64,000 bases of DNA from an uncultured Gammaproteobacteria bacterium (GTDB lineage Bacteria; Patescibacteriota; Patescibacteriia; Buchananbacterales; UBA6539). The stretch lies in contig CAZINP010000003.1 in the NCBI GenBank assembly GCA_964540635.1, positions 43,892-107,891 on the forward strand, written 5' to 3'. Positions 41,301-45,769 of the stretch are shown here, one piece after another (positions within the stretch are counted from its first letter, which is position 1; each line of letters opens with the position of its first letter). The notes under the pieces were generated by a model. That model was given only the letters and a program-made list of their open reading frames with translations. It was not told where the DNA came from and searched no databases. The translations under genes were made by a program, and so were the position numbers.

Positions 41301-43260
41301 ATGGTTACGAAGCGAAAAAGACGGTATGAATGGAGATGTAATTACCAGAGAATTTAGTGTGTATAATTATACAGCCAGAGAAAACGGCATAGATGATGCA
41401 AACATTTCTTATGGAGATATTATTGGTTTTTATGAAATTCGCAGCCCTTATGGATATGGCGCCTGGTGGCAAAATTTTTATCCGGACGAGGGGGGTAAAA
41501 TTGGTAATAATCCGACGGAAGGCTGGTGGAGCACTCCAATGAATGACTGGTCAAGAAAATTTAAAGTTTGTAAAGCTGATGGCGTCTGCGCACCTATATG
41601 TGATGTTGTTAACAGTAAAGTTTCCGGTTGCCCTGAGCCTCAAGGCTGCTATATTTGTCAAGATCCAGGCGCTTGGTCTTCTATTTGTTTGCCAAACCCG
41701 ACTTATACTTACGGTTCTTACACTTGTGGCGTGAGAGAGGACAATTCTTTATGCGCCGGCGTAATTGGTGAGGATAATTGTTGCGTCTCCGGGGAGTCAT
41801 GGTTGCAAGATCGCGCCTGTCCTTTAACTGACGGTTCACAGATCTCAATGAAGGATGATCATTCTTATTCTGCTGGTTTGCGAGTATTTTTAGCTGCGGG
41901 CAATAATAATGGGGCTGATTCCATCTCTGGCTGTGGTGGTCCTGGTGAGGAGTGGGATTGGCGCGCCATTAGATTAAGCGTAACAGATGATGCAAAGTTT
42001 ACAGTTGAGAAGTGTGATAAATATAAGGCAGGCTGCACAGCTGTTAATCCAAAGGGTCCAATTCGTTATGGTGAAATAGTAAGAATCAAGAGTAATAGAA
42101 ATTATTGCCCGGCAGTTGAGGCAGAGACAGGAGTATTTTCTGGGGAAGAGGTTGATGTGGAGTTTGGTGATGGCGTTGCCGCATACTTTAAGCTTTGCAG
42201 TGCGGTGGTTGGCGGAAATTGTGCGCAGAGAGATGATGATATTAATAGTTTAAATTCTTATCCTTATATAAGAAAAGGCGATAAGGTTTACCTGGAAAGG
42301 GCGTCTTGGAATCAAGCAAACAATTGGTGGGCTGGAAATGGAAAATATATAGATTTAAATGAACACAGTGAAGATATAAATGATACTCAGGGCGACAAGG
42401 ATAATAAAAATCCAGTATTATTAAGTTCTGGAAGCGGCGAAGGTTTATTTGTTTGCGACTCAACATTAAATCAATCAAACTGTTATTGCAGGGAATATCC
42501 CGGTACGATAGTTTGTGGGGCAGAATGCAAAGCACCACAGACAAAACCGGCCGATGATTATTGTAATACTTATGTTCCTAATTCTGCCAGACCCGAATGT
42601 GACGGTTGGCATGCTGTCAGTACCGGTAAGCCGGAGTGTGGTCCCTGCAGTGAGTCAAACTGCCAATTGTATTGCGCTAATGCTGACAACGACGGTTGTT
42701 GTAAGGGTAGTGAAACTATCAGCAATGAGTATGCTTGCCCGATCTTATCGGGTAGTGATGTAATTTTATATTCGGTTGGTGGCGGTACTTATATTGATAG
42801 GTATAACGATTGGTATACCTTAGATGCTGATTCCGCTGTGGTTACTAGAATTATGGAAACTACCGGCGGTCGAGACCAAAACTTTACGGTTCATAATTTG
42901 GCAATTTTTGATGGCGCATTTTTTGAGATGGTCGGAGACAATGAGGATAGCCGTATTTGTAATAGAAAATCACTCCATTGGTGGTTGGCGTGGACATCAT
43001 GTGATAATAGTCAGTTTAAACTTCATTTGGTATCTGATTCAAGGCCTGGTATCGCCGGGATTCAACCGGGGTCTATTATTGGCTTGGAAACCGGGACTGA
43101 TACTCCAACTAATCGCAAGTGTTATAGGGTTAGGACAAGCGCCAACTCTAGCAGTTGGGCCGGGTATTTTGATGGCGTTGATTGTCCAACATGGAACGCA
43201 AGCACCGATAATACTTTCTTATTTATCATTCAGGCCAGTAATGGCAATCAAGCTCCTTAA
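26347..43260 (+). CDS. giant secreted cysteine-rich multidomain surface protein 2 (5637 aa, 16.9 kb) with the same pilin-type N-terminal module
   Basis: Uninterrupted 16.9-kb ORF in AT-rich DNA. Domains read from the translation: pilin-like N-terminus; 3 IPT/TIG-like domains; about 13 CGNGxxExGEECD Cys-rich repeats; LamG/ConA-like and CBM-like beta-sandwich domains; Ig-like modules ending YSWVFKT; thrombospondin type 3 repeats (DNCPTVRNTDQLDHDGDTIGDACD); a triplicated C-terminal module. Confidence 0.85.
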   Translation: MKPKTKIITKKITVLALFAIAIFAIAPVALAADFGLGYGTNLGLGTQDLRVTIMRVVQVALGFLGIIAIILFMYGGWLYLSSAGNEEKISRGKQVLINAVIGLVIIFTSFAIVSFIINFLGSATGSQPPQGFTCTANQCVSCGVRCNDTGDGYVSTSDCSTQEYCSVPPNPACPKPDDIIPTICRIEPVRGVGFGGVPQGYVGDFVTIEGWYLGIFESGVSRVKFDETEASIATCDNNPIWYTNANRYSIIRAIVPSIELGTTNVLIETSASLTSNTKPFIVIEGNPGPGLACLIPPNGKNNDLLTKAEGVRFGDDPDILGGLFFNDNQKSTFVSWSDEIISQPTVPANAVSGQVYVKDADGIQSNGVWFTVSCTENSSCASGCCKSFMCQPDSACQSGVGESCDNDINTTNCEPGSNCADGLVCNSNSCLCDLPGYDQPCDTNLDLPLCQGGSCAAGYYCQESTCTCQEIPTYGEPIIYGFTPTSGAVGTYVTISGGNFGPNKTSAAGHVYFIEGANKVEADYTLIKECADTFWHNTQIVVKVPAGLVNGNQYIIEVENSEGKFDTSGLNPSVFTVDENLIRPNICKITPDNGPIYQDVEIYGENLNPSAAPVSSVIFSSNVVQSNFTLSTNDIFASVPAGSVSGLVKAKNSKDNESNGLYFQVGACVVGGCQSGYECCQGGRYNLSCMPEGGCYAAVSNSSYDWTFTTGARPGNCSNDSGICIPNNDMCSAGYTCDTQTCNCTPTGTFNCSNKAYPVCEPNSDLCPDNQFCGATCTCLAKIPCDGNVATPACQPSDDICRSVDSSLSCDPETCYCDTGFSATKAAYDWTFNSYTEGPQVVDECNRTPECAKVCANDRSITCSQDSDCGADGPCIKAFSSPSPKYNRDGEVYANSQISVSFDQEILPSTVNSNTIKLYRCNQDSGFLSASCSVITVSSYLVFDWDYGIIDANGVIINPVNSLEAGYWYKAEVTAGVIGRNGFAAAPYSWLFKIKAGTGSVGCATCQPGYATLFARYDGNCSGVGDPDCQPYLGQAWDQDHVCVMLKPETLTWNWNLLNETDKRASIFNRATSQPAYPNDEDAYLSSVSGQGFDVIDVYARKETLTNPVKVATEINGLPSQAYQYGENICDLSVDLSTPIVVKRWPDCNGACTNASVGAAFSIPMNSSSITASGAVVLYACADNANCRPGYGVCSVTGNYCNAAKGTGCGTGETCQALDYDQVSVPLNFNQLGAVVNGYANSYLADSPCFDINADGKTDYCLLPNTYYRVILRNTIEATNGKKLGKLNYDDALYNGLSELGIKDSYSWVFRTQDNMCAPGRISVQPEERHMSIYEVQKYASYPYTSPDSCDAQGQPLIAASFVWEWQSKYCQIADLFSSSYGGYLNTHTFFAVPPGCTKVTSQYATLRSGCGNGVVGLGEDCDDGNIFNQDGCSSTCLNEGVSTMPNYNFSFDGIPTISSNTNEFPFESTSFSLLRNYPLNGTARSGFGSSQNLGVNNSGVIYAQSDNGRSGLMRDNWVSADHYFVSANIKLPQNTENINDVGLIFGYLSNNSNYFAAIWSSLGYSAMADYQQLKIIKAASGLPQSVANTQKIPADQNWHEIKVEVINYDFSADIKLYFDDNLYLTYKSNTRVVGNAGIYAYDTDGQVLFDNLKIYGDDLPICGNGILEKGEECEKDQAGNFGPYCTLGCLNSGNAASGAVCGNGVVEPGEECDNGNEPNNNEADGCTNTCILSGFTLSNMCGNGIVDKGEACDNGDFTRYTCLNNPSQVCDPNDDTACGNQKALCTNRAKSGDGCTGYYQSVAFPENISGHSCSTMTETQCKTFSETSSDNHAKYCYWTGTECRIRPCISETSTAQGNDRYDISICGNGLVEAGEECDYGSLCQTSYGGVARCTSLNASTVCASGICGQGVCQAKTSTGYITNQYVACTEENAGDLCYSGSCELPANSYLPGCTSNCLNAGSVSDNRSHQIAQGLADGQTEVQAWTSEFKPSSGGPMGIGKLFVGAWGQPEDFYVIDQWPNCFTACLNADIGAQFSQYVNTASLTTSDNIKLYECRTDSGCNLANATKISGLSVIPFTIKTNSDNRIDAVQLLLPNSYNPVNHDNNPSTAPIPALLPDSYYRVVISKNVRTDSNPPKNLQYLNFNDPTVGSGTENDSYSWVFKTQNKNNFCALSSVKVLPQTWQMFTGNKRQLYFSRPISKPDECSVNGQLLNPFYFDWRWDDVEMSQDNGNFINGADILIDTLDEFLKKVINGGTLPTTPPTAGGYLKDGCGNGVVEFGEDCDPGLQSIEGCSNTCQHAGSGACSPTVSTNCCGNSIIEPGEECEPFVNGGFCTSNGLLCDPFLDPNSCPGGTCLYLCDSRCRFAGNTNTQANCGDGVISPIEICDGKLGDDSDGCSDYCQPSGAVPATGSTCGNGIIEKGEECDGGELASGNIPLSFDGNNCSGIKNKTGVSGGCTNYSTETQCQSWKGCYWSGNECKHRPCIIENRNVAVCRNSENLSVDFKQNYNACKPGYTSIFLNTLTGTSLTNRPVCGNGVVEPGEECDLGGWCIDEETNNFKTCTTYNAVGCRNNICLTYSYYCSVDGLPIDGATTLGACSAEGICDSNKNCVVAGPGGSEIEYPKSTCTTIGAACSISGTGYVNGCSSNCVYNGSRYDDGINDPYQIVQSVGVFSNTVLTEVNEEIRAWHALQPDRVGVGELTILASANVPFTVVGHQPKARGLDPTNQCRNVGIWAILSRPLDATSVTAENLYLGKQGVEDNLIKSYSVLPVSGSCNENHRCVYPGAEDSPLETSYCYVNSDCVGSKIVINEIEGVYLDGNSSYVLRFKQSLKAQDGSNLQELNYSDQDLKNYTIWGFDTSADFCSCNYVGVNILNTTGQAFTTKDYFTCAGDNCGSNTYKVLFDDDYKPKAMCRLSGQEAKFACDTSKSAVDQCGTGGTCSLYSAMAGNQHLYNANCYDTEYSEGTDIPVGLGTAYDFAEIDPQKLIYLTGVDEKTVDCTNVNGQCLVTPGDNQVPAGKNGDSQVMVSGKQYMDNNNQICTPTEANAQTCLLRRSAHQTIDITNFICDNPWPALGSFPYTDSNASGNSPTNSVTPYYNFTMYYCRDYGKEGFDDDLPSLNINGPVFGSRGDVLKEFLFPVGTDVVINAPGSPKRGVDFLSNDCTQAGMGGIVPSNTDAYRCNVNSHFRYKFTGVEKGYYKLVYQTYNYGSGSMNSLDLYGLKMCDKNKNGYINTGGATGETTPCNTQADCASLGTGIACLPVTQEIDVYHVNVNDTVPIARISAIPRAYDNMQSNEVPVLLEAGDHTFRFRWINDWNVTVDGKYYDSNLIINKVSLIKVENEATSDAIGLRILPNTLHLSASTWYNTGLCGAQVGSGVENICYSNNDCAGINLFKNANFEDTTKPWVYEYNTLSPNVYHNQPGEIIAGGRSGKADKLAGQSTVTTWGYQIKYPSPFDLPAGNYVYSAWIKSQDGGKVGITVQETTGWSHLCSNKDCTIRGDSVVCANTDNEWHKVTCTFSLAKKTQVQMAVRADDEAKTFLVDDVSLTTGCNFNLPSRGTAQPLTFDGYNAASDGRSLYVNATNFNGTNLFSNIFLLSYTQNASESTKEIFRRLSDQTNTLGGLSFNANMTSHRLCSGVGLYEKTSFICNQVGVATDCRGYNSQSLCESEANLKNGCYWSETDKICSGRMCLPIYCQSDKDCPNLICDNQKGGAVRDNLRFGNLRDMQLTLERSYKSNGSYPKLSAGTYIASTTFAVWPSWQATLGSGIGSTLPSDPLNYFTGCVASYCDTNENGTLETAETTSCLPYNVTSCNNKPQNCLPTEVDPDRVKTCWDEKAKEFSCPQEMYTYAYRSSEGGKEYELYTNFEFITSGWVSNATGYQLPFYGTQECKKLNFEIHQTRDRVSTPIEDSSCAIKHCWGASGILTGLRDGWTYGQNNTNDCEGTRPACPSGYRCTGDADSDGVCDEGLSDNCAPLLMCSANAKDCYNPDQRDSNGDGRGDVCDQTCSGDKDGDTICDNIDNCPTVRNTDQLDHDGDTIGDACDPCTDMDSDGYWDYKTAANDEKVCPQDNCSPFYNGYCQSSAGDRNGQRCHSTSDCVAGFNNTCFIPFTSSFGVSNDRPKYCIKTVDGKELFASKEVCSTACPTGYTCKQALDSSTRYFNPNQEDYDNSGRGYICNDCLDYDQDGLGDWTFYAKSSDVATAVNLTFDQKEHFAGCRADQRAFVGFGTPSPATDLDNCPGGPYSKKCYDNFGVETLCSNPPTNWSDENNNSYVNSQADIDLNHYGDICDPSGDGRLDPGEACDCGDLAISQDEQNPFQCTTLNDVECAHSERYGDCCKYCATDLATGQHYIAQSCGPRLGDGIVNGSEECDCGENQIIRDSITDPPNIDATATSGISCLTFDTARTPRTIFNGIDCGPITQNGVFQWSMDGYSCQWCDMGRIEETTGPYFGDGIVDTDVSGGLEQCDCGDAAPISTDTNNSFCVYGTYNYYGETRTGNYWTLTETAVLFNETETITRNIPCISKCSSFNGQPCTPQERCDGVCGYCRANDTNTGSIEDYSGHLCLPCSSVECNSICINLPNDGCCRDGETADNEYGCPFKVGDQILIKTRENNTACGSNEDKPWCHPSIFLKAKTRLATDPGIFGDGTSASPFYFFKVLPGDEDDCRVNNNRIPELGSDVKTGDCIKFEITSINGKNKVSIGSDGWITVGDNFASWVINIVDGMPLKVGSIISLKQAGQSDDKFWSTRWKNVVTLFGEDTPVGTADKDQDWEKFKICNRANICSNQELIQETCTPPATGEVDSCANKYTGCHRCVAISENLNICSEYNYTWNPDLVITPILLCSGANRDYCCNESLCNGNPNDSAKYDIDCDGVKINEPISLNAVVESNGVDGFEFLTGGTNSSDYVHTKGTGENLTNYRFVAAISRACRSDRDTVIRMPGAGNAVTGGGDDNIRDGDCISLEANAGALVMNDESFWNNKKWLRSEKDGMNGDVITREFSVYNYTARENGIDDANISYGDIIGFYEIRSPYGYGAWWQNFYPDEGGKIGNNPTEGWWSTPMNDWSRKFKVCKADGVCAPICDVVNSKVSGCPEPQGCYICQDPGAWSSICLPNPTYTYGSYTCGVREDNSLCAGVIGEDNCCVSGESWLQDRACPLTDGSQISMKDDHSYSAGLRVFLAAGNNNGADSISGCGGPGEEWDWRAIRLSVTDDAKFTVEKCDKYKAGCTAVNPKGPIRYGEIVRIKSNRNYCPAVEAETGVFSGEEVDVEFGDGVAAYFKLCSAVVGGNCAQRDDDINSLNSYPYIRKGDKVYLERASWNQANNWWAGNGKYIDLNEHSEDINDTQGDKDNKNPVLLSSGSGEGLFVCDSTLNQSNCYCREYPGTIVCGAECKAPQTKPADDYCNTYVPNSARPECDGWHAVSTGKPECGPCSESNCQLYCANADNDGCCKGSETISNEYACPILSGSDVILYSVGGGTYIDRYNDWYTLDADSAVVTRIMETTGGRDQNFTVHNLAIFDGAFFEMVGDNEDSRICNRKSLHWWLAWTSCDNSQFKLHLVSDSRPGIAGIQPGSIIGLETGTDTPTNRKCYRVRTSANSSSWAGYFDGVDCPTWNASTDNTFLFIIQASNGNQAP

Positions 43261-43286
43261 TTTTAAAATATTTAATTATATTAATT

Positions 43287-44033
43287 ATGTTTGACCAACC
43301 ATTAAATCCAAATTCTAATCAAAATTCACAACCACAGCCGCCGATGGCGGGCGCGGGTTCGCCTATGCCCAAAAGAGAAATGTTTGACGAGCCGGAAGAT
43401 ATTTTGGGCGATGTTGATCGCATTCAACCGGCTAAACCCCAAGTCCCAAGACCGACGGTTTCTGCTTTTGGCACCAAACCAAGCCCAATTTTAAATCCGT
43501 TAGCTGCCACGCCAGCCATGCCGATGGAGAAAAAATCATCCGGCCTTGGGTTTTTAGCTAACTGGAAAAAGATTTTAGTGGTAATTGTCGGGATCGTTGT
43601 TGTTGGCGGTTTTTTAAGTGCGGCGGGTTATTATGCATTTTCGTTTATTTCTAATTTAACCGCCTCAAAACAACCCGTGGTTAACGTTAATCAAAACACC
43701 AATGCCTCAGTTCCGGTTAATGTTAATACTAATGCTGGCGTCGTTGATCAAACGCCGACCCAGCCCTCAGTAGTTGACACCCAACCGGAAGTAGCAGTTG
43801 ATACCGATAAAGACGGCTTGCTTGATTCAGAAGAAAGATTATATGGCACTGATATAACCAAAGCCGATACTGACAATGATGGCTTAACTGACAGGGACGA
43901 GGTTAAAGTCTTTAAGACCGATCCAAATAATCCGGATACGGACGGAGATACTTATATAGACGGCAAGGAGGTTTTATCTGGTTATGATCCCAAAGGACCG
44001 GGTAAGCTTTTAAAGATCCCGACTGAAGAATAA
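43287..44033 (+). CDS. small type-II membrane protein with TSP3-like Ca-binding repeats (paralog A)
   Basis: Pro-rich N-terminus, one TM (ILVVIVGIVVVGGFL), then DTDKDGLLDSEERLYGTDITKADTDNDGLTDRDEV...DTDGDTYIDGKEVLSGYDPKGPG. Confidence 0.5.
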   Translation: MFDQPLNPNSNQNSQPQPPMAGAGSPMPKREMFDEPEDILGDVDRIQPAKPQVPRPTVSAFGTKPSPILNPLAATPAMPMEKKSSGLGFLANWKKILVVIVGIVVVGGFLSAAGYYAFSFISNLTASKQPVVNVNQNTNASVPVNVNTNAGVVDQTPTQPSVVDTQPEVAVDTDKDGLLDSEERLYGTDITKADTDNDGLTDRDEVKVFKTDPNNPDTDGDTYIDGKEVLSGYDPKGPGKLLKIPTEE

Positions 44034-44085
44034 GGGAGAAGATCACAAATTTCAACTTGCAAGTCCCAACATTGGTATTTAGGTG

Positions 44086-44174
44086 CTTGGAACTTGATAA
44101 GAGTTTAAGATTTGTAATTTGGAATTTGTTTGGACCTTGTTATTTGATGCTTGGAATTTATTTTTGGAATTTTT
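44086..44174. repeat. five direct copies of TTGGAAYTT-like motif in the intergenic region
   Basis: cttggaacttg, atttggaatttg, tttggaccttg, cttggaattta and tttggaattttt within 90 bp upstream of the 44210 CDS. Confidence 0.35.
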
Positions 44175-44209
44175 AATTTATTTTCCCACAACCTACTCAC
44201 TAATACTTT

Positions 44210-45175
44210 ATGTTTTTCAAACCGAAAAAAAAACCGGAAATCACTCCGGAAAAAGAAGCCTCAGAAAAGCTGGATCAGAATTTGATCAAGCAAGTTCATG
44301 TTATGCCCTCACGTTATTATCTGCCACCCAAAAAAAGCAATTTGGGTTTGGTTGTTATGATTATCATTGGTTTATTGATAATTTTGGTTTTAGCCGTTGC
44401 CGCCTTTTATTTAAATGAAACCTTAAAAAAAGCTTCACAGTCTAATGTTGTTCAAACTCAAACACAAGAGATGACTGAAGTGGTGCCAGAGCCGCAAGTT
44501 CAGGTGCCGGTTGAAGAAGTCCTTGAGCCAACCACTACGCCGGAGCTCATTGAGCAGCCGCTTGAACCAACCAGCACCCCAGCCGTAGAAGAGGAGAAAG
44601 AAGAGGAGCCGGCATCGGTTGGACCGTCGGTTGATTCTGATAATGATAATTTAAGTGATGCCGAAGAAGCGCTCTTGGGCACTAACCCTAAAAATTCTGA
44701 TACGGATAGTGACGGCTACCCGGATGGAAGCGAAGTGCTTTCCGGATATGACCCCAAGCTAGCCAATAAGAAATTATCCGCTTCCGGTCTTTTTAATAAT
44801 TATAGCAACGATCAATTTTTAACGATTTATCCGACCACTTGGCGCACAAGAGAGAATGATAATACCGGCTCGGAAGTTTTATTCATCTCCGGCAGCGGCC
44901 AATTTTTTGAAGTTCTAGTCCTTGATAATCCGGCTGAATTAAGTTTGAGTGAATGGTTGAATTCGGAATTTGAGCAGAATTTGCCCCAGACCATTGCCCA
45001 AAAAGTTAACGAGTTTGATGTTTTAAAGGAAGCAGACGGTTTGACATACTATTTAATGAATCCGGCATCTCCGGAAAAGATTTATCTTTTGACTTACAAT
45101 ATTGGCAGTGCTACCCAGGCCGATTATACAACGTTGTTTGTTACCATGGTAAAAAATTTCAAGCAAGTTAAATAG
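44210..45175 (+). CDS. small type-II membrane protein with TSP3-like Ca-binding repeats (paralog B)
   Basis: Basic N-terminus, one TM, acidic/Pro-rich linker, DSDNDNLSDAEEALLGTNPKNSDTDSDGYPDGSEVLSGYDPK, then a ~150-aa C-terminal domain. Confidence 0.5.
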   Translation: MFFKPKKKPEITPEKEASEKLDQNLIKQVHVMPSRYYLPPKKSNLGLVVMIIIGLLIILVLAVAAFYLNETLKKASQSNVVQTQTQEMTEVVPEPQVQVPVEEVLEPTTTPELIEQPLEPTSTPAVEEEKEEEPASVGPSVDSDNDNLSDAEEALLGTNPKNSDTDSDGYPDGSEVLSGYDPKLANKKLSASGLFNNYSNDQFLTIYPTTWRTRENDNTGSEVLFISGSGQFFEVLVLDNPAELSLSEWLNSEFEQNLPQTIAQKVNEFDVLKEADGLTYYLMNPASPEKIYLLTYNIGSATQADYTTLFVTMVKNFKQVK

Positions 45176-45177
45176 GT

Positions 45178-45606
45178 ATGAAAATTGATTTTTCTGTTAA
45201 TCAGCAAAGCGGTCCCAAAATTCCAGTTAGTTTTTGGCAAAAATCATGCAAAAAAATAGAGAAAAATATTAAGATAAAGTCAAAAGTGGAAGTTTCAATT
45301 GCCGTAATCGGTTCGGATAAGATAAGAACCTTAAATAGAATGTATCGCAAGAAAGACAAGCCAACAGATGTTTTGAGTTTTGAAGCAGTCAAGGATTTTA
45401 GGGGTAGAGATTATCTTGGAGAAGTGATTATTTGTTATCCCAAGGCGCTATCACAGGCCAAAAAGAGGGGAGTAAATGTTTTAGCCGAGATTGAGTTTTT
45501 GCTTGTACACGGTTTTTTGCACTTGATTGGTTTTGATCATCAAAATTTAGCGGAAGAAAAGAAGATGGACGTGCTTCATGAAAAAATTATAAAAACAAAA
45601 ATATAA
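45178..45606 (+). CDS. ybeY: rRNA maturation endoribonuclease YbeY
   Basis: HGFLHLIGFDH zinc-binding H3xH5xH motif; 142 aa. Confidence 0.85.
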   Translation: MKIDFSVNQQSGPKIPVSFWQKSCKKIEKNIKIKSKVEVSIAVIGSDKIRTLNRMYRKKDKPTDVLSFEAVKDFRGRDYLGEVIICYPKALSQAKKRGVNVLAEIEFLLVHGFLHLIGFDHQNLAEEKKMDVLHEKIIKTKI

Positions 45607-45769
45607 AATAAAAACAAAATTACAAGTTAAAAGTCACAAATTTTTTAAGTTTGAGATTTTAAATTTGTAATTTATTTATTTACTTTGAATATTTCACTTT
45701 TTGTGTTAAAATAATTAATATCAAAATTGACTTTTCCCCAATTCAGGGGTGAGGCAATAACCTAAAATT

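Noticed and set aside
26347-43260. Dozens of 60-190-aa ORFs on the minus strand and in alternative frames inside the giant gene (e.g. 38137..38634, 38342..38920, 28703..29095)
   Set aside because: They are embedded in an uninterrupted 16.9-kb ORF with coherent domain and repeat structure, and they have low complexity. They are shadow ORFs, not genes.
44086-44174. CRISPR array hypothesis for the TTGGAA repeats
   Set aside because: The units are only about 9-12 nt with 0-15-nt irregular spacing and there are no cas genes. That is inconsistent with CRISPR. It is more like a binding-site array.
44119-44418. 99-aa ORF overlapping the TTGGAA repeat region
   Set aside because: Its frame is generated by the repeated TGG of the TTGGAA motifs. 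It overlaps the start of the better-supported 44210 gene in another frame.
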